A stretch of DNA of 64,000 nt from Betaproteobacteria bacterium (GCA_016717855.1 JADKEV010000035.1:9097-73096); one strand, 5' to 3'; shown: positions 49,323 through 59,250, numbered from the stretch's first letter. Notes: generated from the letters alone by a model not told the origin. Program-made: numbers and translations.

Positions 49323-50828
49323 TCAGGCGATGCGCACGCGCGCGAAGTTCCGTTCCCTGGTGTCGATCCCGAACAATGTCCCCGAGCGGGCCGCGTCCCC
49401 GCTGCTATAGGGCAGCGTGGGATCGCGGATCCCGAGGTACTCCTTCATGCTGCGCGCGGCCTTGCGGCCGGCGCCCATCGCTTCGATCACGGTCGCCGCA
49501 CCGGTGACGATGTCGCCGCCGGCGTACACGCCGGCCACCGACGTCGCCAGGTTGTCATCGGCGCCGATGTAACCCCATTTGTTGAGCTTGAGCTTCGAGG
49601 TCTGGCCCATGATCGGATTGGCGTTGGTGCCGATCGCGTAGACGATCAGATCGGTCTCGAAATCGAACTCGCTGCCGGCGACCGGCACCGGCCGGCGCCG
49701 GCCCGAATCGTCGGGCTCGCCCAGTTCCATGCGCACGCAGCGCATGCCGCGGACGCTGCCCTTGCCGTCGTCCAGCACCGCGACCGGATTGGTCAGCCAG
49801 TGGAACTCGACGCCCTCCTGCTCGGCGTGATGGACTTCCTCGATGCGCGCCGGGGCCTCGGTGCGCGAGCGCCGGTAGATGCAGTACACCTTTTCGGCGC
49901 CCAGCCGGATGGACACGCGCATCGCGTCCATCGCCGTGTTGCCGGCGCCAACGACGGCCACCCGCTTGCCGATCGGCAGCGGCGTGTCGAAATTCGGAAA
50001 GTCGCGGGCGCGCATCAGGTTGCAGCGCGTCAGCAGTTCATTGGCCGAGAGCACGCCGTTCAGCGAATCGCCGGGGATGTTGAGCATCGTCGGATAGCCT
50101 GCGCCGACGCCGACGAACACCGCGTGGAAGCCCATTTCGTCGATCATCTGCTCGATGGTGAACAGGCGGCCGACCAGCGTGTTGCATTCGAACTTGACGC
50201 CGAACTTCTTCAGGTTGGCGATCTCGGCGTCGATCACTTCGTTGGGCAGCCGGAAGTCGGGAATCCCGTAGCGCAGCACGCCGCCGGGCTGATGGAAGGC
50301 TTCGTACACGGTGACGTCGCAGCCCGCCTTGGCCATGTCCGCCGCGCACGCCATGCCGGCCGGCCCGGAGCCCACGATCCCCACCCGGAACCTGTTCGGT
50401 TCTATATAGGGAATGTTGACCCAGCCTTCCTTGATCGCGGTGTCGCCGACGAAGCGCTCCAGGCGGCCGATCGCGACGGCCTCGAGCGACTCGCCGACCG
50501 TGCACACGCCTTCGCACTGGTTCTCCTGCGGGCACACGCGGCCGCAGATCGACGGCAGCAGGTTGGTGTCGGTCAGGATGTCGTAGGCCCCGCGCAGGTT
50601 CTTTTCGTTGATCTTCTGGATGAAGCCGGGAATGTCGATGCCCACCGGGCAGCCGGCGATGCACGGCTCGTCCGGGCACATCAGGCAGCGGTCGGACTCG
50701 CGCTGCGCGTCCTCGAGGCTGTAGCCGCAGGCGACCTCCTCGAAGTTCTTCGCCCGCACCTGCGGATCCTGCTCCTTCATCGGCGTGCGTTCCTGCGGGA
50801 TCGTACGTATCGTCTTCTTCTTTGCCAT
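49323..50828 (-). CDS. GltD/NfnB-like NAD(P)H-dependent iron-sulfur flavoprotein (large subunit)
   Basis: RCLMCPDEPCIAGCPVGIDIP and SICGRVCPQENQCEGVC (two Fe-S motifs), VGIVGSGPAGMACA and VAVVGAGNTAMD dinucleotide folds. A GAGGA Shine-Dalgarno sequence lies 7 nt upstream of the ATG. Confidence 0.85.
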   Translation of the reverse strand: MAKKKTIRTIPQERTPMKEQDPQVRAKNFEEVACGYSLEDAQRESDRCLMCPDEPCIAGCPVGIDIPGFIQKINEKNLRGAYDILTDTNLLPSICGRVCPQENQCEGVCTVGESLEAVAIGRLERFVGDTAIKEGWVNIPYIEPNRFRVGIVGSGPAGMACAADMAKAGCDVTVYEAFHQPGGVLRYGIPDFRLPNEVIDAEIANLKKFGVKFECNTLVGRLFTIEQMIDEMGFHAVFVGVGAGYPTMLNIPGDSLNGVLSANELLTRCNLMRARDFPNFDTPLPIGKRVAVVGAGNTAMDAMRVSIRLGAEKVYCIYRRSRTEAPARIEEVHHAEQEGVEFHWLTNPVAVLDDGKGSVRGMRCVRMELGEPDDSGRRRPVPVAGSEFDFETDLIVYAIGTNANPIMGQTSKLKLNKWGYIGADDNLATSVAGVYAGGDIVTGAATVIEAMGAGRKAARSMKEYLGIRDPTLPYSSGDAARSGTLFGIDTRERNFARVRIA

Positions 50829-51844
50829 CGCATGTTCCTCAATTGGCTGGCGGGGGGGGGGGGGGGGGGGGGGGCGCGCCATGCCCCGCCCTGCCAGTCG
50901 CCGCCCGGCGCTTCCTCGAACGGGTCCGACAATTCCAGCAGTTCGCGTTGCGGCGCGCGGTTCAACCGCAGCGCATCGAGCGCACTCGGGCCGACCTGCT
51001 TGGTCAGGTTGCAGCTCGCCGACCAGCGCTCGTGGGCGCTCTTCTCGACATCGGTATAGCGCCCCAGGCGCACCATCAGGTCGTCGAAGTCGACCAGATG
51101 GCCGTCGAAATCCGGGCCGTCGACGCAGGCGAACTTCACTTCGTTGCCGACCTTCACGCGGCAGCCGCCGCACATCCCGGTGCCGTCGACCATGATCGGG
51201 TTGACGCTGACCATGGTCTTGACCTTGTAGGGCCGTGTCGTTTCGGCGACGGCCTTCATCATGATGGGCGGGCCGATCGCGATCACCTCTTCGATGTTCG
51301 GATGCCCGGTCAGCGCGAGCTTGACCCCGGCGGTGACGATGCCCTTGATGCCCGCCGAGCCGTCGTTGGTGCACAGGATGAGTTCGTCGCAGGTCTCGCG
51401 GAACTTGTCTTCCCAGAACACCAGGTCCGCGGTGCGGAACCCGAGCACGCCGATCACGTACGCGCCCGCCTCCTTGAAGCCGCGCGCCTGCGGGAAGATC
51501 GGCGCCACGCCCAGGCCGCCGCCGACGCAAAGCACCTTCTTCGCATGGCTGATCGGGCTGGGGATGCCCATCGGGCCGACCATCGCGTAGATCGACGTCC
51601 CGACCTGGCATTCCTGCTGCATCTGCCGGGTCGTCTTGCCGACCGCCTGGATCACCAGCGTGATGGTGCCCTTCTTGCGATCGAAGTCGGCGATGGTGAG
51701 CGGAATCCGTTCGCCCGATTCGTTGAGCATGACGATGACGAATTGACCCGGCTTCGCGGCCTTGGCCATCAACGGATGGCGCACCTCGAGCAAATAGGTG
51801 ACGTCGGAGAAATCTTCGCGCGTTACGATCTCGAAGTTGGACAT
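50777..51844 (-). CDS. PyrK/NfnA-like FAD/NAD(P)-binding [2Fe-2S] protein (small subunit); 3' end set by the homopolymer length
   Basis: MSNFEIVTREDFSDVTYLLEVRHPL..PGQFVIV....GERIPLTIADFD...GTITLVIQAVGKTT and MVDGTGMCGGCRV...KFACVDGPDFDGHLVDFDDL are present. As assembled, the ORF reads through the C23 tract and 51 nt into the next gene. Confidence 0.8.
   Translation of the reverse strand: MSNFEIVTREDFSDVTYLLEVRHPLMAKAAKPGQFVIVMLNESGERIPLTIADFDRKKGTITLVIQAVGKTTRQMQQECQVGTSIYAMVGPMGIPSPISHAKKVLCVGGGLGVAPIFPQARGFKEAGAYVIGVLGFRTADLVFWEDKFRETCDELILCTNDGSAGIKGIVTAGVKLALTGHPNIEEVIAIGPPIMMKAVAETTRPYKVKTMVSVNPIMVDGTGMCGGCRVKVGNEVKFACVDGPDFDGHLVDFDDLMVRLGRYTDVEKSAHERWSASCNLTKQVGPSALDALRLNRAPQRELLELSDPFEEAPGGDWQGGAWRAPPPPPPPASQLRNMRWQRRRRYVRSRRNARR
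50852..50874. repeat. 23-nt poly-G (poly-C on the coding strand) homopolymer
   Basis: Counted directly. It translates as a Pro7 run at the 3' end of the PyrK-like gene and starts 24 nt upstream of the GltD-like start codon. Confidence 0.95.
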
Positions 51845-52215
51845 TGCAAGCGTCTCCTTCCTGTCGGGTCAGCCATGACCGGTCGGGCTGCCGGAGTATC
51901 GTTGTATCTGGGCAAACGATGGGCCGCGGCCCCGGCGGACGCGGGCATACCGCTTCCAGGCACGAGGCGCTCCCTTCAACGAGGCAGCGGACAAGCTGAT
52001 GGTGCTAGTGTCCGCCGGGGCGCGTCCGGCCAGCTTGATCTGCATCAGACATTCCGGCTTTTTTTGATTCGCGTCAGGCGATCAATATCCGCTAGACTTC
52101 CGCGGACCGGGCGGCCTGCGGCCTGCGGCCGGCGGTAGTCTCCCGTTCAATCGCCCGCGGGCGTTCAACGTCATCCTGGAGGCGCCATGACCGCCCGTAC
52201 GCAATCCCCCACAGC

Positions 52216-53111
52216 ATGATCGTCTCCGTTTCGCTCCTGTTGGTTGGCGTGGTGCTGGCGGTGATTGGTGGCTCGCTGTTTGTGGACGGCGCGGTGGCGT
52301 TGGCGCGCTGGGCCCGCTGGCCGGTGGCGGTGATCGGCGTAACGGTGGCGGCGTTCGGCACGTCCTCGCCGGAGTTGATGGTCGCCGTCCAGGCGGCGGT
52401 GGACGGGGTGCCGCAGATTTCGCTGGGAAACGTGCTGGGCAGCAACGTTGTGAACATCGCGCTGGTGCTGGCCCTGGTGCTGTCGTGGTCGGGGATGAAA
52501 GCCGAGGATGATGGCGTGCGTCGCGACTGGGCTTGCGCGCTGGCGGTGCCGTTCGTCCTGGCCGCAGTGCTGGCGCTCGCGGGTGGTTCTTCAGTCCTGT
52601 CCGGCACGCGCGGCGGCATCGGGCGCGCAACGCAGGGGAAGCGATCGCCCTCAGCCATGCGTCGTTGCCCAGAACCTCGGCGCAGGTTGCCGCCGGCCTC
52701 ACCCTGCTGATCGTTGCCGCGCAATTCGTCGTGCACGGTGGCACGGGCGTGGCGCAGGCGCTGGGCTGGAGTCCATTCCTCGTCGGCGCCGTCGTGATCG
52801 CGCTGGCGACCTGCACCCCCGAACTGGCGACCACGGTCATGGCGCGGTTTCGCGGGCATCATGATGTGGGCCTGGGCAACATACTGGGCAGCAATCTCTT
52901 CAATGGGCTGTTCATCGCGGCGCTGGCGGCGCTTATCCGTCCCTATGCGGTCAACCCACCGGAGCTGACGGCCACACTCGTTTTTGGCGTGGTCGCGACG
53001 CTGATGATACTTCCCGGCCGCAACGGCGCGCTCGGGCGCTGGCGCGGTTTTGCGCTGCTGGCGATCTATGCGCTCTACGTCACGCTGTCCCTGCGGGTGG
53101 CGGAGGGATGA
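52216..53111 (+). pseudogene. CaCA family sodium/calcium antiporter (YrbG-like), apparent -1 frameshift between the two halves
   Basis: The alpha-1 repeat GTSSPELMVAV...GNVLGSNVVNIAL is in one frame and the alpha-2 repeat ATCTPELATTV...GNILGSNLFNGLF is in another. The break is near 52580-52590. Confidence 0.75.
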
Positions 53112-53124
53112 GTAGGGGAGAAAG

Positions 53125-53387
53125 GCGTTGCCTCGGTCGGCGCTGGCGGCTTGCTGACCTATACCATCGTCGCGAGCAATGCGGGACCGAGCAGCGCCCC
53201 CGGGCAGTCTGGTGACCGACACGTTCCCTGCCGGCCTGACCTGCTCGTGGACGTGCGCCGGCAGCGCGAGTGTGGTGATCACGCGACCAGCCTCTCGGTC
53301 ACCAGGCCGATACCGACGCTCGGCGCCTTCGGCGTGCCCCTGCTGATGCTGCTGCTGCTGGCTTTCGCGCGCCGCTGCTTCAAGTAA
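53125..53387 (+). pseudogene. Remnant of a DUF11 / IPTL-CTERM surface-protein gene
   Basis: LLTYTIVASNAGPSSAPG, then (other frame) SLVTDTFPAGLTCSWTCAGSAS, then (first frame) RPIPTLGAFGVPLLMLLLLAFARRCFK-stop. There is no start codon or signal peptide, and it begins directly after the antiporter stop. Confidence 0.6.
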
Positions 53388-53474
53388 AGCAGTTCGACAG
53401 ACTGCGCGCCCAGCGAGAGTTGCCGGGCGCGTTGCCCCCGGCAAGGGCAGAACTGACGGCGGGCGTCGTTATGC

Positions 53475-53504
53475 TTGACGTAATGGATAATTCATTGCTA
53501 TTCT
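53475..53504 (+). promoter_or_regulatory. Possible sigma-70 promoter of higBA
   Basis: TTGACG, 18-nt spacer, TATTCT, ending 6 nt before the higB ATG. This would give a nearly leaderless transcript and is weak evidence. Confidence 0.3.
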
Positions 53505-53510
53505 CCCGCG

Positions 53511-53795
53511 ATGATCGTCAGCTTCCGGGACAAACGAACATGGGATTTCGCAGACGGGAGATTCGTCAAGGCATTCTCCGGGTTTTTCAGGCAAGCGGAA
53601 ATGAAGCTCGACCAGCTCGATGCCGCGGTTTCGCTGAAGGACCTCGCGGTACTTCCAGGAAACCGGTTTGAAGCACTGAAAGGCGATCGCAAAGGGCAGT
53701 ACAGCATCCGCATCAACGATCAGTGGCGCATCTGCTTCGCGTGGACTGATGGCTCACCTGGTCCGGTCGATGTCGAGATCGTGGACTACCACTGA
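53511..53795 (+). CDS. higB: HigB-type toxin (plasmid maintenance system killer, RelE/ParE superfamily)
   Basis: The 94-aa product is MIVSFRDKRTWDF.....LPGNRFEALKGDRKGQYSIRINDQWRICF.W......DVEIVDYH. Confidence 0.9.
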   Translation: MIVSFRDKRTWDFADGRFVKAFSGFFRQAEMKLDQLDAAVSLKDLAVLPGNRFEALKGDRKGQYSIRINDQWRICFAWTDGSPGPVDVEIVDYH

Positions 53796-53806
53796 GGACA
53801 CGGAAC

Positions 53807-54133
53807 ATGGCACGAACCCCCATTCATCCCGGCGAACACCTGGCGGAACAACTCAGGGAACTCGACATGAGTGCGGCCGAACTGGGCCGGCAACTCAAGG
53901 TGCCGACCAACCGGATTACCGGAATCCTGAACGGCCAGCGCGCGGTTACCGGCGATAGTGCGCTGCGCCTGGCACACTACTTCGGTACCAGTGCCGAGTT
54001 CTGGCTGAATCTGCAGAAACAGTACGAACTTCGAATCGCCGAACAGAAAGCAGGTGCGACGATACGGAGTCTCCCGAAACTTGCCGAACGTCTGAAGGGC
54101 GCGAGCCGCGGGCTCCAAAAGCGCGCCGCGTGA
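53807..54133 (+). CDS. higA: HigA-type antitoxin (XRE-family HTH)
   Basis: IHPGEHLAEQLRELDMSAAELGRQLKVPTNRITGILNGQRAVTGDSALRLAHYFGTSAEFWLNLQ. The gene starts 11 nt after higB. Confidence 0.9.
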   Translation: MARTPIHPGEHLAEQLRELDMSAAELGRQLKVPTNRITGILNGQRAVTGDSALRLAHYFGTSAEFWLNLQKQYELRIAEQKAGATIRSLPKLAERLKGASRGLQKRAA

Positions 54134-54193
54134 GCCTTACGCGAGAGTACTAGCGCGCACAATCGCAGATCCCGTCCGCTGGAAGGAGGTTCC

Positions 54194-55195
54194 ATGCTCG
54201 CCGCAATCTACCGCCGTACCGGCCCGGCCGCCGAGGTATTGGCCATCGAGGAAATGCCGGCGCCGCTGCCGGGACCGCACGAGGTTCGCGTCAAGGTGTC
54301 CTGGTCGGGCGTGAATCCGTCGGACGTCAAGTCGCGCGCCGGAATGCGCACGAAGACGCTGCCCTTCCCGGCGATCATCCCGCACAGCGACGGCGCCGGC
54401 GTGATCGACCGGGTGGGCGAGGGCGTCGACCGCGCGCGGCTGGGCGAGCGTGTCTGGTTGTGGAACGCCGCGTGGGGCCGCGCCAGCGGCACGGCCGCCG
54501 AGCATGTCGTGCTGCCTGCAGCGCAGGCGGTCGCCCTGCCGGATGGCATCGAGCTGGCCGCGGGCGCGTGCCTGGGAATTCCCGCGCTGACCGCGTACCA
54601 CGCGGTGATGGTCGACGGCGGCGTCGCGGGCAAGAGCGTGCTGGTCGCCGGCGGCGCCGGAGCGGTGGGCCACTACGCGATCCAGCTGGCGAAGTTGCGC
54701 GGGGCGCGGCAGGTCGTCGCCACGGTCAGCAGCGAGGCCAAGGCGGCGCTCGCGCGCGCCGCGGGGGCCGATCTCGTGGTGAACTACAAGACCGAAGACG
54801 TGGTGCGCAAGTGCCTGGACTTCACCGGCGGCGCGGGGGTCGAGCGCATCATCGAGGTCGACCTGGCCGCGAACGCGGCCGTCGACCTCGCGATCCTGCG
54901 GCCGGAAGCAGATATCGTCGTCTATGGCAGCGGGGCCGCCGACATGTCCATTCCTTTCTTCCCGGCCATCGTCAAGCACGCCCGGCTGCGGTTCTTCATC
55001 GTCTACAACCTGAATCCCGGCGACCGGGCGCGTGCGATCGCGGATCTCACGCACCTGCTCGCGACCGCCAGCCTGCAACACAACATCGCCGCCCGCCTGC
55101 CGCTGGCGCGTATCGCCGACGCGCACGAACTCGTCGAACGCGGCCAGGCGGTGGGGAACGTGGTGCTGGAGGTTGGCCAGGTGGGCGGCACCTGA
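54194..55195 (+). CDS. MDR-superfamily NADPH:quinone reductase-like oxidoreductase
   Basis: EVRVKVSWSGVNPSDVKSRAG, VLVAGGAGAVGHYAIQLAKLRGA. Paralogue of 62635-63627. Confidence 0.85.
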   Translation: MLAAIYRRTGPAAEVLAIEEMPAPLPGPHEVRVKVSWSGVNPSDVKSRAGMRTKTLPFPAIIPHSDGAGVIDRVGEGVDRARLGERVWLWNAAWGRASGTAAEHVVLPAAQAVALPDGIELAAGACLGIPALTAYHAVMVDGGVAGKSVLVAGGAGAVGHYAIQLAKLRGARQVVATVSSEAKAALARAAGADLVVNYKTEDVVRKCLDFTGGAGVERIIEVDLAANAAVDLAILRPEADIVVYGSGAADMSIPFFPAIVKHARLRFFIVYNLNPGDRARAIADLTHLLATASLQHNIAARLPLARIADAHELVERGQAVGNVVLEVGQVGGT

Positions 55196-55383
55196 CCACC
55201 GCGCGCAGCAGCGCACAGCGCCTGGCGAAGCCGGCGCCGGGGCCGGGTCAACAGGATGTTGACCTGCATCAACGCACGAATTGCCACGGAATGCGGGATG
55301 GCACCATGGGTATTGGTGTTATCGAAGCAGGCCAGTGCATGCCGGTGAAGTCGTCCAGCTGCAGGATCCGGATTCGGAATGAA

Positions 55384-55923
55384 ATGACGAAAATGAACGA
55401 ACCGACCAGTTTTCTCGCCTACACTCCGCGCGGCCCGGGCCTGATGTGCGCCGTGATGAGCATCGTCGCCGGCAACGATGTTTACGGCTGGTATACCGGG
55501 TCGGCCAGCGGCGAGTTTCCCGCCGCCTTTTTCATGCTGGAGCACTACTACTCGACGCACGAGACCGCGTTCTATCGCAGCGTGGAGGACGACGTCTATG
55601 GCGACTGGGTGCTGGCGTATCCGCCACTCGCCATCGACACCGGCCGTTCGCCGCCGGTGCCGGAGCCGATGTGCCACGAACTCATGCGCGCGCAGGATGC
55701 TTTTATCGCGGAGTGGCTTTTCTACGCGGACGACCCCGCCGCCGCGGAGGAGGTCGAGTGGTACCACGAGCACGAGCTCGCGCTGGGCAGCGTCGCGATA
55801 CGGCACGCCCGGCTCAACCGGCTGGATCACCGCGATGTCGTGTGGACCTACGCCTCGCCGGCATTGGACTTGAACATCATCGACCTCTTGCGCGAGCGCT
55901 GGCCGCTCGATTACTCGCTATGA
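55384..55923 (+). CDS. Hypothetical protein (179 aa), no recognisable motif
   Basis: The intact ORF MTKMNEPTSFLAYTPRGPGLMCAVMSIVAGNDVYGWYTG... has an acidic, aromatic-rich composition. The upstream region is visibly lower in GC. Confidence 0.5.
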   Translation: MTKMNEPTSFLAYTPRGPGLMCAVMSIVAGNDVYGWYTGSASGEFPAAFFMLEHYYSTHETAFYRSVEDDVYGDWVLAYPPLAIDTGRSPPVPEPMCHELMRAQDAFIAEWLFYADDPAAAEEVEWYHEHELALGSVAIRHARLNRLDHRDVVWTYASPALDLNIIDLLRERWPLDYSL

Positions 55924-55939
55924 GGCGCCGGAAGCACCA

Positions 55940-56355
55940 GTGAACAAGGAGACTGCCGTGGACCACCTGAACCCGACCCAACGAAAGACGCTGCAGCGAC
56001 TGCTGCACGAGCGCGACGAAGCGGCACGCGCCGAGATTCGCGCCAAGGCAGCGGAGCGGCGCCGAGGCGCCGTACGCCTGAAAACTCGCGGTGGCGTAAC
56101 GGACGAAGCCGACGAGGCGGCGGCCGACCTGATCGTCGATGTCGATAACGCGATGATCGGCATGGATCTGGCCGAAGTGCGCGAGATCACGGCGGCGCTC
56201 GAGAGGATGAAGAATCATAGCTATGGCCCCTGCGCCGGCTGCGGGGGCCCATCGACTATGCGCGCCTGCGTGCCTTTCCGGTGGCCACGCGCTGCACGCG
56301 CTGCCAGAGCGTGCATGAACGGACTTTTGCCTCGGGACCGCACTCTACGCTCTAG
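55940..56355 (+). pseudogene. DksA/TraR family C4-type zinc-finger protein, apparent -1 frameshift
   Basis: The coiled-coil N-terminus ends in ...SYGPCAGCGGP. The next frame reads IDYARLRAFPVATRCTRCQSVHE, completing the CxxC...CxxC finger. The break is at the C3 run 56248-56250. Confidence 0.7.
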
Positions 56356-56402
56356 CGGAGAGAGGGCGGCCGGCTCCGCCTCGACCGGCAAGGAGGTATT
56401 CA

Positions 56403-57372
56403 ATGATCATCGTGGCTGCCGCGCCGGCCGTGACCGTACCCACAATCGCCGCGCTCGTCCGCGAACAGACGGGAGTCTCGTGGTCGCGCGCGCGCCGGTT
56501 GTGCACCGAGGGCCGCGTTACTGTCGATGGCCAGCGCTGCCTCGACCCCGCGGCGCGGGTGCTTCCCGGGGCGATGGTTGCCATCGACCAGGAAGGGCCC
56601 AAGCTGCGCACGCTGCCGCTGGCCGAGAGCGCGATCGTGTACCGCGACCGCGATGTCGTCGTCGTCGACAAGCCGGCAGGCGTGCTCAGCGCGGCCGACG
56701 AGCCGGGGGAACAAGGCACGCTCGCCGACTACACGCGGACGTCGCTGCGGCGGATGGGCGAACCCGGCCTCGACGCCCCGCTCGGCATCGTGCACCGGCT
56801 GGACAAGGAGACGAGCGGCCTGATGATCTTCGCGCGCACATCCCTGGCGAAGCGCTCGCTCGCGGCGCAGTTCCGCGAGCACACCACCGAACGTGTCTAC
56901 CATGCGATCGCGCACGGCGCGGTCACGGCGCGGCGTGTGGACACGTATCTCGTCCTGAATCGCGGCGACGGCTTGCGCGGCTCGCATGGACACTTCCGGC
57001 GCGCGAGCGGCGCCGCCCCAGCCGAGGCGCGGCAGGCAATCACGCACATCGCGCCGATCGCCGCGCTTGCGGGCGCCACGCTGGTCGAGTGCCGCCTCGA
57101 AACCGGGCGCCAGCATCAGATCCGCATCCACCTTCCGGTCCGGCCATCCGCTGGTCGGCGAACGCGTCCACATCCGCGACCACGCCGGCCCGAAGATCGA
57201 TGCGCCGGCCGATGCTCCACGCGCGCGGACACTCGGCCCCGCGCATCCGAGAACCGGCGAGGCCATGTTGTTCCAGAGCGAGCCGCCCGCGGACTTCAGG
57301 CTATGGTCGAACTATTGCGACCCTGACTCGACAGTCTCTAACTGTTTGTACAGGCTGATGTTCGTCGGCTGA
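56403..57372 (+). pseudogene. RluA-family pseudouridine synthase with S4-like N-terminus; three frame changes near the 3' end
   Basis: Catalytic motif HRLDKETSGLMIFA and RQHQIRIHL are in one frame. GHPLVGERVHIRD...PKIDAP, then RPMLHAR, then TLGPAHPRTGEAMLFQSEPPADF are spread over other frames (about 57130-57233). Confidence 0.75.
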
Positions 57373-57813
57373 TAGCCGAGCCTGGCATAGAGGGCCCGGG
57401 CTCCTGTGTTGTGCCCGAAGACGTGCAAGGCGATTCCGGCGAGGCCCAGCTTGCGGACCTCATCTTCGAGAGCCGCAAAAGCGCGCAGCGCGTGGCCCTC
57501 GCGCTGGCGCTCTGGCCGGACGCCGACATCGTATACATAAGCGATGCGCGCGTTGAACCTGGTCTGGACGGCGAACCAGAGCATACCCACGGGCGCGGAT
57601 CGAGCGTCGAGGATGGTGAAGAAGTGGTTGTCAGGCGCCATCCCTGCGGCAGCAGCGCATCGTGTTCCTTCCAGGAAAGCTCCGGAGCGAAGCTTCCGCC
57701 GACCACTGCCCGGATGTGACCTTGTCCGCTGCGTAGTCCGGGGATTGCCGCGACCCACGCCGCGTACTCGGACTCCGCCATGGGGCGAAGGGTCGACCGG
57801 TGGATCCATTCAT
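57312..57813 (-). pseudogene. GNAT family N-acetyltransferase; about three frame changes
   Basis: [17 protein letters not shown] / [19 protein letters not shown] / [14 protein letters not shown] / [12 protein letters not shown]...VGMLWF...YVYDVGVRPERQREGHALRAFAALEDEVRKLGLAGIALHVFGHNTGARALYARLGY lie in successive frames, with breaks at 57740-57743, ~57684 and 57642-57644. Confidence 0.7.
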
Positions 57814-58530
<717 letters not shown>

Positions 58531-58534
<4 letters not shown>

Positions 58535-59171
58535 GTCGCGTGGGCGGAAAGGTCGATGCCGGCAGCGTAACGTGTGCCACCCGCTCGCGCAAGCCTCGAC
58601 GCGCCCTGGGCCTTCAACGCGGGCGGCAACGCGTGGAAGTCGAGATCATCCTGGCGCTCGCCTTCGCGCACGTTCTCGAAGTGGCCGGCACGCGGGTTCC
58701 AGCACTCCCGCGGCACGTTTGCGGGCTCGCTCCGCGTTGCGCGATCGGCCGGCAGCGGTTGAAAATCGAGGTCGTCCTGGCGTTCGCCTTCGCGCACATT
58801 CTCGTAATGCCGGGCGCCTGGGTTCCAGCACTCCCGCGCCACGTTGCCGCGGCGCTCGGACCCCCGCTGGGCGATCGGGCGGCAGCGGTTCAAGTCGAGG
58901 TCGTCCTGGCGCTCGCCGGGACGCAGCCCCTCGTAATGCCGCGCGCGCGGATTCCAGCACTCCTGCGGCACCTCGCGCCCGCGGCCGCGGAAGTCGCCGC
59001 CCATCGGCCGGCAGCGGTTGAAATCCAGGTCGTTCTGGACTTCGCCGGCAGGCGCACCCCCTCGAAGTGGCCCGCCCCCGGGTTCCAGCACTCCTGGCCG
59101 CGGTCATATTGGGCATGGGCTGGCGCCGTCATGCACGCCAACAGAGCGATGAGCAGCGAGAACTTCGACAT
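58531..59171 (-). CDS. Secreted protein made of four ~42-aa ECWNP...DLDF.RCRP repeats (one frame break after repeat 1, further indels in repeats 3-4)
   Basis: Signal peptide MSKFSLLIALLACMTAPAHA is followed by QECWNPGAGHFEGV.., QECWNPRARHYEGLRPGERQDDLDLNRCRPIAQRG, RECWNPGARHYENVREGERQDDLDF.. and RECWNPRAGHFENVREGERQDDLDF... DNA repeat anchors are at 59082, 58951, 58822 and 58696. Confidence 0.6.
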
Positions 59172-59250
59172 GGCAATTCCTCCTGGCAAGCGGAAGCAAA
59201 TCGTACAACCAGGCCGATACCCGGTCTGCGCGGTAGGATACATATCTCCG

